This document shows positions 11,000 through 20,817 of a DNA stretch of 64,000 bases, piece by piece. Below the pieces are notes generated by a model. It was given only the letters and a program-made list of their open reading frames with translations. It was not told the origin of the DNA and made no database searches. The position numbers were made by a program, and so were the translations under genes. Each line of letters opens with the position of its first letter. The stretch's first letter is position 1. Source of the stretch: Candidatus Saccharimonadales bacterium (GTDB lineage Bacteria; Patescibacteriota; Saccharimonadia; QS-5-54-17); assembly GCA_040876925.1 (NCBI GenBank), contig JBBDOS010000004.1, positions 37,330 through 101,329 of the forward strand, given 5' to 3'.

Positions 11000-12075
11000 G
11001 ATTGCTGTTTCTTAAGTTCTAAATCAGCAGACTTTAAGGCCTGAATTATTTCATCGATATTACCTTCCATAATCTTGGCTAAATCATGAGTAGTAAAGTT
11101 AATTCGGTGGTCGGTTAATCTATCTTGAGGGAAGTTATAGGTCCGTATTTTCTCTGATCTATCGCCAGAACCTATCTGATTTTTGCGTTGGTCAGCTCTG
11201 GATTTTTCTTCCTCTTCAATTTTCATAGCCAGTAAGCGAGAACGCAAGACACCTAGGGCTTTTTCTCGGTTCTTGTGCTGGCTTTTTTGGTCCTGGCAGC
11301 TAACTACCATCCCAGTTGGTATATGGGTAATACGTACTGCAGAATCGGTAGTGTTAACTGATTGCCCGCCTGGTCCAGAGGATCGGAAAACATCAACTCG
11401 TATATCAGACTCTTGGATCTCAATATCATGCTCCTCAGCCTCAGGCAATACCGCTACAGAGGCTGTAGAAGTATGCAGACGGCCGCTAGACTCTGTAGCG
11501 GGAACTCTTTGTACTCTATGAACACCTGATTCAAATTTAAGCTCACCATAAGCACCTTTGTGATCTATAGAGAAGCTAATTTCCTTAAACCCACCAGCAT
11601 CAGAATGGCTTTCATTGATTAGTTCTATTTTCCAGTTTTTCATTTCGCAGTATTTGATATACATACGATAAAGCTCACCAGCAAATAGGGAGGCTTCATC
11701 GCCACCAGCTCCTGCTCGGATCTCTACTACAGCTGCTTTATCATCATTAGGGTCTTTGGGTATTAGAGCTGCTTCCAACTTTATTTCATACTTATCTAAT
11801 TCAGCTTCAAGCTCAGCCAGCTCAGCTTCTGCTAGTTCGGCTAACTCCTCGTCATCCCCATCAACCATAGCCCTAGTACTATCAATACTGCTATTTAACT
11901 CATCTATCTGTTTAAAAATATCTAGTACTTCTCCTATATCACTATGTTTTTTAGCCACTTGTTGTCCTTCATCAGTGGTATAGATACTAGGATCTTCTAG
12001 CCTTTTGCTAAGAAGATCGTATTCAGCTTGTAGTTTGTCTCTCTTGTCTTCCATTAGTTTATAAGTATAACGCAT
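10996..12075 (-). CDS. prfA: Peptide chain release factor 1 (true start may be ~12054)
   Basis: GVHRVQRVPAT (PxT), GGQ, RSEKIRTYNFPQ. Confidence 0.97.
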   Translation of the reverse strand: MRYTYKLMEDKRDKLQAEYDLLSKRLEDPSIYTTDEGQQVAKKHSDIGEVLDIFKQIDELNSSIDSTRAMVDGDDEELAELAEAELAELEAELDKYEIKLEAALIPKDPNDDKAAVVEIRAGAGGDEASLFAGELYRMYIKYCEMKNWKIELINESHSDAGGFKEISFSIDHKGAYGELKFESGVHRVQRVPATESSGRLHTSTASVAVLPEAEEHDIEIQESDIRVDVFRSSGPGGQSVNTTDSAVRITHIPTGMVVSCQDQKSQHKNREKALGVLRSRLLAMKIEEEEKSRADQRKNQIGSGDRSEKIRTYNFPQDRLTDHRINFTTHDLAKIMEGNIDEIIQALKSADLELKKQQS

Positions 12076-12168
12076 AAAACCTTCTAAGAGCAGCCACTCA
12101 GATAATCAAGGAACTATCTTAATGATTAGTAGCTATAAACAATCTAAGTTTATCTTAAGGGTTTATCT

Positions 12169-12486
12169 CTAGTTTTTTAGGTCTGCTAAGCTTTTTTTAG
12201 AGTTGGACTTCTTGCCGGTTTTCTTATTAGTATTGTCGCCTTGCTTTTTCGTAGCTTGCTTACTTTTGGATTTGGCTTTTTTACCAGCAGCAGCTTGTTT
12301 AGCGCGAAACCTATCAACACGCCCAGCTACATCAACTAATTTTTGCTTACCTGTATAAAATGGGTGGCAGTTAGAGCATATCTCTACCTCTATTTTGCTG
12401 GTTGTAGCACGAGTATTAAAGCTGTTACCACAACCATTGCAGGTGATGGTGGCATCAACATATTCTGGATGTATATCTTTCTTCAT
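12169..12486 (-). CDS. rpmE: 50S ribosomal protein bL31, Zn-binding, with Lys-rich C-terminal extension
   Basis: [28 protein letters not shown]. Confidence 0.96.
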   Translation of the reverse strand: MKKDIHPEYVDATITCNGCGNSFNTRATTSKIEVEICSNCHPFYTGKQKLVDVAGRVDRFRAKQAAAGKKAKSKSKQATKKQGDNTNKKTGKKSNSKKSLADLKN

Positions 12487-12543
12487 GACAAACCACCATT
12501 ATATTACACAGCATGACATAGTCAATACGTAAATAAAATATCT

Positions 12544-12572
12544 TTGACATATTGTAATTTTTATGCTAATAA
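12544..12572 (+). promoter_or_regulatory. Sigma70-type promoter (TTGACA-17-TAATAA with extended -10 TG)
   Basis: TTGACA at 12544-12549; TG at 12564-65; TAATAA at 12567-72; upstream of orphan ORF 12602. Confidence 0.65.
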
Positions 12573-12601
12573 TTAACAAAATATAAAAATAAGGCAAAAA
12601 C

Positions 12602-12988
12602 ATGTCGGTTGAACAAAATAATTATAATAATTCTGAAAAAAGAATAAATAAAACTAGAAATGCTCTAGCAGCAGGGGTCTTAGCGGTGGCTGCCTGGACC
12701 GGATTAGAGATTAGAAATGAACTATATGGTGATCCTCCCGAGCCGGTAAGTGTAGAAAGAGTGGAGGGTGATGATGGCGAAGTATACTATGCTGATGAAG
12801 AGGGTAATCAATATCAGAGTATTAGTACATGGCGAGCTGATCCAGATTCTCAACCGAAAACCCTAATAGGTGAAGGGGTACCTCAACGTCACGTCCAAGA
12901 CGTATTGCGGGATAACGGTCTAAAGTCAGTACCATCTGAAGCTAGGTCTTATTTAGTTAATGTTGAATATATGAATAGCAGTGACTAA
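12602..12988 (+). CDS. Hypothetical protein with N-terminal hydrophobic anchor
   Basis: 128-aa ORF, own promoter, ALAAGVLAVAAW segment, no recognisable motif. Confidence 0.65.
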   Translation: MSVEQNNYNNSEKRINKTRNALAAGVLAVAAWTGLEIRNELYGDPPEPVSVERVEGDDGEVYYADEEGNQYQSISTWRADPDSQPKTLIGEGVPQRHVQDVLRDNGLKSVPSEARSYLVNVEYMNSSD

Positions 12989-13059
12989 GGAAGAATACTT
13001 TTTCATACTTGCGCTACAAGTAATCTATCTGTTAATCTAACTACATTACAAATTAATCA

Positions 13060-13173
13060 GCGTGGATTGATATCCTGACCTATTTGGCGATGGCTATAAT
13101 AGGTTAATTAGTTCGCGTGTCGCTTCAAGCTAAGCGTTAAAAGAAGCAACTTGAGGGAAAGGATAAATATAAG
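13060..13173 (+). ncRNA. Candidate structured rpsB 5' leader (S2 autoregulatory, t44-like position)
   Basis: GCGTGGATTGAT...ATTAGTTCGCGT encloses TGACCTAT/ATAGGTTA; then a GCTTC...GAAGC hairpin; structured leaders are known upstream of rpsB in other bacteria. Confidence 0.55.
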
Positions 13174-14037
13174 ATGAGTGATAAAGTAGATATTAAGACG
13201 TTACTAGAAGCAGGGGCTCACTTCGGCCATAAGACCAGTCGCTGGAACCCTAAGATGGAAAAGTATATACACAGTAAGAGAGGTGGTATACACATTATCA
13301 ATTTAGAGCAGACTAAGGATCAACTAGAGAAGTCTGCCAAGTTCCTAAATAGCGTAGCGGCTAGTGGCAAACAAGTGCTCTTTGTCGGCACAAAGAAGCA
13401 TATAGCACCAACAATTAAAGAAATAGCCGAAAAAGTAAACATGCCTTATGTAGTTGAACGCTGGATGGGCGGTATGTTAACTAACTTTGCTACTATGTCA
13501 GAGAGAATTAAGAGGCTAAAGCAGCTCAACGAAGAGCTTGAGTCCGGCGAGCTATCAGAGACCTATAATAAGCGTGAGATATTAGAGTTTAGCGAAGAAA
13601 GAGATAAGTTAGCTCAGGATTTTGGCGGTATTATGGAGATGGATGAAGCTCCAGCAGCTATTTTCATCAGCGATGTTATTATAGAGAAGACTGCAATTCG
13701 TGAAGCTAGGCGACTCAAGATTCCTATAGTAGCTATTGTAGATAGTAACGGTGATCCAACAGTAGTTGATTATCCTATACCAGCTAATGATGACGCCCTC
13801 AAGACTATAGAGTTAATCACATCCGTATTAGCAGATGCTATTGCTGAAGGGGTGGCAGAGTACAGCTCTAAACCACGACCCAAAGAAGCTGATAAAACAT
13901 CAAGTCTCAAGAAGGCTGATACCAAAACTGATAATAAAACAGTTAAACCTGCTACTAAGAAACCAGCCACAACTAAGGCTAGCAGCACTAAGCCAAAGAC
14001 TACAGACACTAAGTCTAGTAAAAAGGAGGATAAGTAG
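13174..14037 (+). CDS. rpsB: 30S ribosomal protein uS2 with K/T-rich C-terminal tail
   Basis: LLEAGAHFGH..SRWNPKM, RWMGGMLTNF, YPIPANDDA. Confidence 0.97.
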   Translation: MSDKVDIKTLLEAGAHFGHKTSRWNPKMEKYIHSKRGGIHIINLEQTKDQLEKSAKFLNSVAASGKQVLFVGTKKHIAPTIKEIAEKVNMPYVVERWMGGMLTNFATMSERIKRLKQLNEELESGELSETYNKREILEFSEERDKLAQDFGGIMEMDEAPAAIFISDVIIEKTAIREARRLKIPIVAIVDSNGDPTVVDYPIPANDDALKTIELITSVLADAIAEGVAEYSSKPRPKEADKTSSLKKADTKTDNKTVKPATKKPATTKASSTKPKTTDTKSSKKEDK

Positions 14038-14622
14038 ATGGCGATTACACCAGCAGATATCAAGAAACTCAGAGATCATACAGGAGCTGGCATGATGGAT
14101 GCCAAAGCTGCACTAGAAGAAGCTAAGGGTGATGAAACTAAAGCTATAGATGTACTTCGTAAAAAAGGTCAATCCAAGGCAGCCAAAAGGGCAGATCGCT
14201 CAGCTGATGCTGGGTTGATAGATTCCTATATACATATGGGTAGAGTAGGATCAATGGTGGAGATTAATTGTGAGACTGATTTTGTAGCTAAGACTGATGA
14301 GTTTAAAACATTTATTAAAGACGTCACCATGCAAATAGCAGCTACTAACCCTGAGTACCTAAGTAGTGATGATGTACCTAAAGAGGTTATTGACAAAGAA
14401 AAAGATATATACAGCTCAGAACTAAAAGATAAACCTAAAGATGTACAGGATAAGATTATATCTGGTAAGTTAGAGAAATTTTATGAGCAAGTATGTCTAT
14501 ATAATCAGCCATTCATTAAAGATTCTGATAAAACTATAGCTGCATATCAGACAGAATTAATTGCCAAGATGGGGGAAAATATCAAGATTAAACGCTTTGC
14601 TCGTATGGAGCTAGGTGAATAG
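14038..14622 (+). CDS. tsf: Elongation factor Ts (short, 194-aa form)
   Basis: LRDHTGAGMMDAK, EINCETDFVA; follows rpsB. Confidence 0.96.
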   Translation: MAITPADIKKLRDHTGAGMMDAKAALEEAKGDETKAIDVLRKKGQSKAAKRADRSADAGLIDSYIHMGRVGSMVEINCETDFVAKTDEFKTFIKDVTMQIAATNPEYLSSDDVPKEVIDKEKDIYSSELKDKPKDVQDKIISGKLEKFYEQVCLYNQPFIKDSDKTIAAYQTELIAKMGENIKIKRFARMELGE

Positions 14623-14707
14623 ACGTAGTTTTTAGCACAATATATAGTATATTGGTAAAAGTAGTTTTTAATTTGAGAGGAAGCTAATTAGAGCTTAAAC
14701 TATAATT

Positions 14708-15256
14708 ATGGATAAGGATATAGCTAAAAAAATGGAAAGTGCTTTAGAGTACTTCAGCGAAGAGTTAAAGTCAGTTAGAAGCGGTAGAGCCAATGCAGCC
14801 CTAGTAGAGAATTTAGAAGTAGAGTGTTATGGCCAAAATATGGCTTTGAAGGCGGTGGCATCTATTACAACTCCCGATGGTAAAACTATCGTTATAGCTC
14901 CATGGGACATAAATAATACCCCGGCTGTAGAAAGAGCCATTAGAGATGATAAGAACCTAGACCTTAACCCTATAAGTGATGGTAAAGTAATACATATCCA
15001 ACTACCACCACCAACTGCTGAACGCAGGCAGCAGCTGGCTAAGCAGGTTAATGAGATAGCCGAAGAGGCCAATATAGCTATTAGAAATATTAGGCATGAG
15101 GCTTTGAAGAATTTGCAAAACCAACTAAAAGATAAAGAGATTAGTGAAGACGATTTCGAATCAGGCAAGAAAAACCTGGATAAGTTAATAGCTGATTTTA
15201 GTGATAAAATTGATGGTATTGCTGAGCACAAACGTAAAGAAATAGAAGAGATCTAA
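14708..15256 (+). CDS. frr: Ribosome recycling factor
   Basis: RSGRAN, PPPTAERR, AIRNIRH. Confidence 0.95.
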   Translation: MDKDIAKKMESALEYFSEELKSVRSGRANAALVENLEVECYGQNMALKAVASITTPDGKTIVIAPWDINNTPAVERAIRDDKNLDLNPISDGKVIHIQLPPPTAERRQQLAKQVNEIAEEANIAIRNIRHEALKNLQNQLKDKEISEDDFESGKKNLDKLIADFSDKIDGIAEHKRKEIEEI

Positions 15257-15266
15257 GGAGGTAGTT

Positions 15267-16046
15267 ATTTCAAATTTACCTAACCACGTAGTTGTTATAC
15301 CTGATGGTAATACTCGTTGGGCTAAAGCCAATAATCTAGCGGTATTTGCAGGCTATAGAGAGGGAGTGGAGCGGGGATTAGAGATTATGCAAAGATCTAG
15401 AGAAGTAGGCATTAATACTCTGACTTTTTGGGGTCTCTCTACCGAGAACTGGCGTAATCGTCCAGAAGGAGAGCTAGACTTTCTAGTTAGTCTATTTATC
15501 GAAATGATTGATAGATATGCAGAAGAAGCCAAAGAGCATCAAGTTAGAGTGCGTCATCTAGGCAATAAGAACAATTTGCCTAAGAAATTAATAGATAAGA
15601 TATATGAAGTAGTAGATCTTACTAAGGATTATCAAAAACATAACTTAAACCTGGCTCTAGATTATGGTGGGCAAGACGAAATTATTAGAGCCACTAAAGC
15701 TATTGTTAAAGATGTATCTAGCGGCAAGATAAGTGTAGACGATTTGTCCAAACCCATAGACTCTGGGGGCGACTCGCCCATACCTCAAACCATATATTCA
15801 CAGTATCTTGACAGTAAAGATCAGCCATATCCTTATCCTGATTTCATTATCCGCACTAGTGGGGAGGTGCGCACTAGTGGTTTTATGCCTTGGCAAAGCG
15901 TCTACTCAGAGTTGTTTTTTGAACCAGCTTTTTGGCCTGACTTTACAGCTGATAAGTTTGATCAAGCGCTAGAGGTGTATACTAAGAGGCAGCGTCGTTT
16001 TGGTGGTGGACACAATGAAGAAGACTCAAGTGAAGGAGCTAATTAA
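15267..16046 (+). CDS. uppS: Undecaprenyl diphosphate synthase; probable non-canonical ATT start at 15267
   Basis: Frame is open upstream of GTG 15366 and encodes LPNHVVVIPDGNTRWA (catalytic motif); STENW.RP, YGGQDEI, IIRTSGE.RTSGF, RRFGG. Confidence 0.93.
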   Translation: MSNLPNHVVVIPDGNTRWAKANNLAVFAGYREGVERGLEIMQRSREVGINTLTFWGLSTENWRNRPEGELDFLVSLFIEMIDRYAEEAKEHQVRVRHLGNKNNLPKKLIDKIYEVVDLTKDYQKHNLNLALDYGGQDEIIRATKAIVKDVSSGKISVDDLSKPIDSGGDSPIPQTIYSQYLDSKDQPYPYPDFIIRTSGEVRTSGFMPWQSVYSELFFEPAFWPDFTADKFDQALEVYTKRQRRFGGGHNEEDSSEGAN

Positions 16047-16049
16047 GAA

Positions 16050-17120
16050 ATGATGATATTTTTAGGGGTTTTGTTTTTTGCGCTACTGATAATTGTTCAT
16101 GAATATGGGCATTACAAAGTTGCCAAGCGTAACGGTGTAGAGGTGGAGGAATTCGGCATAGGCTTCCCGCCTAGACTATTTTCAAAACAAGTTGGTGATA
16201 CGCTGTATTCTTTCAACCTGATTCCTTTGGGCGGATTCGTCAAACTTAAAGGCGAGTCTAATAGTTCTGAAGAACCGGGAGGATTTGGAGCTAGTTCCTT
16301 ATGGGTTAAGGCAAAAATATTGCTAGCTGGGGTCGGTATGAATGTCATATCAGCTATTGTTATTGTGGCTGTTCTGGCTTTAATTGGGTTGCCTAAGATA
16401 TTGCCAAACCAATTCTCTATAGAATCTAATGAGACTATAAGCAGCTCTTATGTAGTAGCTGCTCAAGTTGTAGAAGACTCTGCAGCTGATGAGGCCGGTA
16501 TTGTAAATGGCGACAGAATTTTGGCTATTGATGATACCGATATTACTTCTGCTGAAGAATTAAGTGACACGACAGCCTCACTTTCAGGAGAGACAGTTAA
16601 TATTAGATTATTACGCGACGAGCAAGAAACAGTAGTAAATGTTGTTCTGGGGAATGATCCAGATGAAGGTTATCTAGGAGTATTGCCGGTTGATCTAGAG
16701 TCATCTAGATATACTTGGGCAGCGCCAATTGTAGCTGTTGGATTAACTTTTCAAATGATAGGCATGGTGTTAATAGCTTTGTGGGACATTCTATCAGGTC
16801 TATTTACAGCTACAGGTGGTGAAGCTGTTGATCAATTAGTGGGGCCAGTGGGTATAGTTTTCCTACTACAGAATCTAGGAGAGTTAGGTTTGAGTTATTT
16901 GATGATTTTAATAGCTTCTATATCAGTATCTCTAGCAGTTTTTAACGCATTACCTATACCAGCCCTTGATGGCGGTAGACTTTTCTTAATTCTAGCTGCT
17001 AAATCTTTACGCAAGAATCTAACTGAGAAAGTTGAAAATGCTGTGCATGGTTTGGGGTTCATACTACTGATGGGGTTATTTATATTAATTACCTATGTGG
17101 ACGTTCAAAGGTTCTTTTAG
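16050..17120 (+). CDS. rseP: RseP-like site-2 (M50) metalloprotease with PDZ domain
   Basis: HEYGH, FGIGF, NALPIPALDGG. Confidence 0.93.
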   Translation: MMIFLGVLFFALLIIVHEYGHYKVAKRNGVEVEEFGIGFPPRLFSKQVGDTLYSFNLIPLGGFVKLKGESNSSEEPGGFGASSLWVKAKILLAGVGMNVISAIVIVAVLALIGLPKILPNQFSIESNETISSSYVVAAQVVEDSAADEAGIVNGDRILAIDDTDITSAEELSDTTASLSGETVNIRLLRDEQETVVNVVLGNDPDEGYLGVLPVDLESSRYTWAAPIVAVGLTFQMIGMVLIALWDILSGLFTATGGEAVDQLVGPVGIVFLLQNLGELGLSYLMILIASISVSLAVFNALPIPALDGGRLFLILAAKSLRKNLTEKVENAVHGLGFILLMGLFILITYVDVQRFF

Positions 17121-17162
17121 TAACCGCAGAGTTTTACAAAAGAATAAGGAGCAGCTATCAAG

Positions 17163-17933
17163 ATGCAGGATTATGACATGAAAGAGGAAGGACAGGAGAA
17201 AGAACTCATAGAAAAACCAGCCGTTAAGTGGAAGGCATTACCAGCTCTATTTATAGCAGCTCTAGCAATAATAGGCTCACAAATCGTCGGCTTATTTGGT
17301 GTAGCGGCATATATTCTTCTGGTAGATGGTGTTAGTTTCTCAACTGCCATCATCAATGCCGAAGAGCAGTTAATTTACTACTTCAGTAGCTATTTAATAG
17401 CTGAAGTATTAGCAGTAACAGCAGTCTATTTGTATGTTAGAAACAAAGGAGGATCTTGGCTAGATTTAGGCTTTAGGTCTTTTAACTGGCTTAAGGCTGT
17501 AGGCTGGATAGGAGTTTTCACAATAGGTTTTCTAGTTCTAGCTTCCGTGGCTGTTGGTATAGGGGAGGTATTACTTCCCGGTGTTGATTTTGATCAAGAA
17601 CAAGAAATTAGCTTTTTAGCAGCTAGAGATTCTCTAGAAATGATTCTAGCTTTTTTGGCACTGGTAGTAATTGCTCCTATTTCTGAAGAGACTATTTTTA
17701 GAGGTTTCCTACTACCAGCTTTTACTAAATCTATAGGGGTTATTTGGGCTGTTATTATGACATCAGCTCTATTTGGCCTATTGCATCCTCCAATAGGTGC
17801 AATGATAGTTATTAGTCTATTTGCAGTGTTTTTGGCTCTAGCTTATATTCGCTTAAACAGCATCTGGCCTGCTATAATTTTGCATAGTGGGAAAAACTTA
17901 GTAGCTTTTATGCTTATATTCGGAGTAATTTAA
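17163..17933 (+). CDS. CPBP/Abi (CAAX-like) intramembrane metalloprotease
   Basis: EETIFRG, FGLLH, HSGKN motifs in a multi-TM protein. Confidence 0.88.
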   Translation: MQDYDMKEEGQEKELIEKPAVKWKALPALFIAALAIIGSQIVGLFGVAAYILLVDGVSFSTAIINAEEQLIYYFSSYLIAEVLAVTAVYLYVRNKGGSWLDLGFRSFNWLKAVGWIGVFTIGFLVLASVAVGIGEVLLPGVDFDQEQEISFLAARDSLEMILAFLALVVIAPISEETIFRGFLLPAFTKSIGVIWAVIMTSALFGLLHPPIGAMIVISLFAVFLALAYIRLNSIWPAIILHSGKNLVAFMLIFGVI

Positions 17934-19625
17934 ATGAGATTATCGCAACTTTTCGCCAAACCATCCAAAAACGAAGGTTTGGACTATAAAATTGATTCAC
18001 ATCGCTTATTAACTCAGGCTGGCTTTATTCGTGAATCTACAGCTGGGCGCTACTATATGTTGCCTTTAGGTATTAAAGTTCATCAAAACATAGAAAAGAT
18101 TATTAGAGATCACATGAATAAGGCTGGAGCACAAGAGCTCATTATGCCTGTTTTGCACCCTATTGATTTATGGGAAGAAACTAATCGAACTACTACTACC
18201 GGGTTTGAGTTAATGAAAGTTGAAGATCGTCGTGGTGCAGAGTTTGCTTTAGGCGGTACTGCTGAGGAGATGGCAGTTGATCTGGTGCGTAAGTTTAATA
18301 TTAGTTATCGAGATTTGCCGTTTAATATCTACCAGTTTTCTATGAAGTTTAGAGACGAACTGCGAGCTAGAGGCGGACTACTTAGGGTGAGAGAATTTGT
18401 TATGAAAGATGCTTACAGTTTTAGTACCGAGGAGCAGTTCCAAGATATTTATGAGCAGATGTGGGATGCGTACATTAATATATTTGCCGACATGGATTTG
18501 AAAGTTGATGTAGCTGCTGCTGATAACGGCTATATAGGCGGTGAGTACTGCCACGAGTTTATAGTAGAATCAGAGGTTGGAGAGAGTAGGTATTTAGTTA
18601 ATAGTAAGACTGGTGAGGCTTGGCATGAAGATGTAGCTGTGCAAGAGCACGGGGATAAGAACACAAACGAAAAGGAAGCCAAACTAGAAGAAGTTGATGC
18701 TCCTAGAGGTAAAACCATGGAAGACGGAGCTAAACACCACAATTTACCAATGTGGCAGCAGATTAAAGATGTTTTGTATTTTGACGAAGCAACAGATAGA
18801 TATGTACTAGCCATAATCAGGGGTGATTTAGATGTTAATGAGGCTAAATTGACTCATGTAGCTAAGGCCTGGGATCTAAGGGCAGCTAGTGATGAGGAGA
18901 TTATTGATGACCTCAACTCTGCTCCCGGCTTTATATCTCCAGTTGGTTTTGTGAAAAAAGGTGTTAAAAGCGGTAAAGAAGCAGTAATGGTAGCAGATAA
19001 GAGCTTACGCAGTATTAGGAATGCTTATGGCGGGGCTAATAAGAAGGATAAAGATTTACTTAATATCAACATAGATAGAGACTATCAGCCAGATATTGAG
19101 GGTGATATAGCTATGGCTGAACCAAATGAAGCAATGATTGAGAAGAGGGGTATAGAGGTAGGTAATATATTCCAGCTAGGTTATCATTATTCAAATCTTA
19201 TGGATTCTGCTGAATATACTTCAAAAGAGGGCAAAAGAGAGAAGTATTACATGGGTTGTTACGGTATAGGTTTAGGGCGAACTATGGCGGCAATAGTTGA
19301 AACACATCAGGATGAAAAAGGCATCATATGGCCAGCTTCTATATCACCAGCTAGTTTACATATAGTAGCAATGCGCGGCGGAGAAGATCAGGCAGAAAAA
19401 CTATACGAGTCATTGGTTAGTAGCGGGGTTGAAGTGATTTATGATGATCGTGACTTATCTGCTGGAGCTAAATTAGCAGATGCTGATTTAATAGGTGTGC
19501 CGCTGCGGGCAATCTGTTCTGAGAAGACATCAAAGAAAGATGTTATAGAAGTTACTAGCCGCAGTGACGGCGACACTCAGATGCTAAAGGCTGATGAATT
19601 GTTAAATACCTTAAAGAATTCTTAA
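17934..19625 (+). CDS. proS: Proline--tRNA ligase (bacterial type with editing insertion)
   Basis: KFRDELRARGGLLRVREFVMKDAYSF, GIEVGNIFQLG, MGCYGIG. Confidence 0.96.
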   Translation: MRLSQLFAKPSKNEGLDYKIDSHRLLTQAGFIRESTAGRYYMLPLGIKVHQNIEKIIRDHMNKAGAQELIMPVLHPIDLWEETNRTTTTGFELMKVEDRRGAEFALGGTAEEMAVDLVRKFNISYRDLPFNIYQFSMKFRDELRARGGLLRVREFVMKDAYSFSTEEQFQDIYEQMWDAYINIFADMDLKVDVAAADNGYIGGEYCHEFIVESEVGESRYLVNSKTGEAWHEDVAVQEHGDKNTNEKEAKLEEVDAPRGKTMEDGAKHHNLPMWQQIKDVLYFDEATDRYVLAIIRGDLDVNEAKLTHVAKAWDLRAASDEEIIDDLNSAPGFISPVGFVKKGVKSGKEAVMVADKSLRSIRNAYGGANKKDKDLLNINIDRDYQPDIEGDIAMAEPNEAMIEKRGIEVGNIFQLGYHYSNLMDSAEYTSKEGKREKYYMGCYGIGLGRTMAAIVETHQDEKGIIWPASISPASLHIVAMRGGEDQAEKLYESLVSSGVEVIYDDRDLSAGAKLADADLIGVPLRAICSEKTSKKDVIEVTSRSDGDTQMLKADELLNTLKNS

Positions 19626-19710
19626 ATAAGCTAAAAAAGTCTTGGTATTTTAGCTTATTTAAAGCTCTCATGCTTCGTTTTAGGTCACAACTTAAGCTAC
19701 TATTAGTAGT

Positions 19711-20742
19711 ATGGTAAAAGCTAATCGACTACTAGCTCATGATATAGGGATAGATTTGGGTACCGCCAACACCTTGGTTTATGTTCGTAGCCAAGGTGTT
19801 GTTATAGATGAGCCCAGCGTAGTATCAATAAATAAAAAAACCAAAGAACTTATCGCTATAGGTCATAAAGCTAAAGATATGGTAGGCAAAACTCCCGAGC
19901 AGATAATTTCTATGAGACCTTTGATAGATGGGGTGGTTAGTGACTTTGAAATTACAGAACAAATGTTACAATATTTCATCAAAAAAGTTCATAAGGATTA
20001 TCCAGTTTTATGGCAGAGACCTAGACTGGTGATTGGTATTCCTTCTGGTGTGACTGAGGTAGAGAAACGAGCTGTAGCTGGTGCTGGTACGGGAGCTGGT
20101 GCCAGGGAGACTTACCTTATTGAGGAGCCGATGGCAGCTGCTATAGGGTGTCGCTTGCCAGTTACGTCTTCTACAGGATCTATGATAGTAGATATTGGCG
20201 GTGGCACTACTGAAGTAGCAGTTATATCGTTAGGTGGCATAGTCTTATCTAGATCACTACGTACAGCCGGAGATGAACTTAATGAAGCGGTCATGCAGTA
20301 TATGCGCGATGAATTTGGTATGAGTGTTGGTGAGCGCACAGCGGAGAATATAAAGATCAACATTGGTAGTGCTCATCCACTAAAGACTGTTCAGACTATG
20401 CCAGTACGGGGCAGAGATTTAGTCACTGGCATGCCTAAAGAAATGACGATTTCCTCTGATCAGATAAGGTTATCACTAATGAAAACCTTACGTCAGATAG
20501 TAGAGGCTGTAAGTATAACTCTAGAAGAAACACCCCCTGAGCTAGTGGGAGATATTATGGATTCAGGCATAGTGCTAACTGGCGGTGGCGCTTTGCTGCA
20601 GCATCTAGATCAATTAATCGCTCAAGAAACTAAAGTTAAAACTATAGTAGCTGACGAGCCATTATCTAGCGTAGTCCATGGCACCGGCCTAGTTTTAGAA
20701 GATATTGACGAGTACCTGCAGATACTTATTCGTGAGGAATAA
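19711..20742 (+). CDS. mreB: Rod shape-determining protein MreB
   Basis: GIDLGTANT, EEPMAAAIG, VDIGGGTTEVA, LTGGGALL. Confidence 0.97.
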   Translation: MVKANRLLAHDIGIDLGTANTLVYVRSQGVVIDEPSVVSINKKTKELIAIGHKAKDMVGKTPEQIISMRPLIDGVVSDFEITEQMLQYFIKKVHKDYPVLWQRPRLVIGIPSGVTEVEKRAVAGAGTGAGARETYLIEEPMAAAIGCRLPVTSSTGSMIVDIGGGTTEVAVISLGGIVLSRSLRTAGDELNEAVMQYMRDEFGMSVGERTAENIKINIGSAHPLKTVQTMPVRGRDLVTGMPKEMTISSDQIRLSLMKTLRQIVEAVSITLEETPPELVGDIMDSGIVLTGGGALLQHLDQLIAQETKVKTIVADEPLSSVVHGTGLVLEDIDEYLQILIREE

Positions 20743-20817
20743 AAGCTAAAATTATGACCTCTTAACATGTAGAGAGCCTGGCTTCAAGGGTGGCTAAATA
20801 GTATAATTTTAAGCTAT

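Noticed and set aside
15366-16046. uppS as an N-terminally truncated pseudogene
   Set aside because: The missing catalytic N-terminus is present in frame upstream, behind a strong SD.
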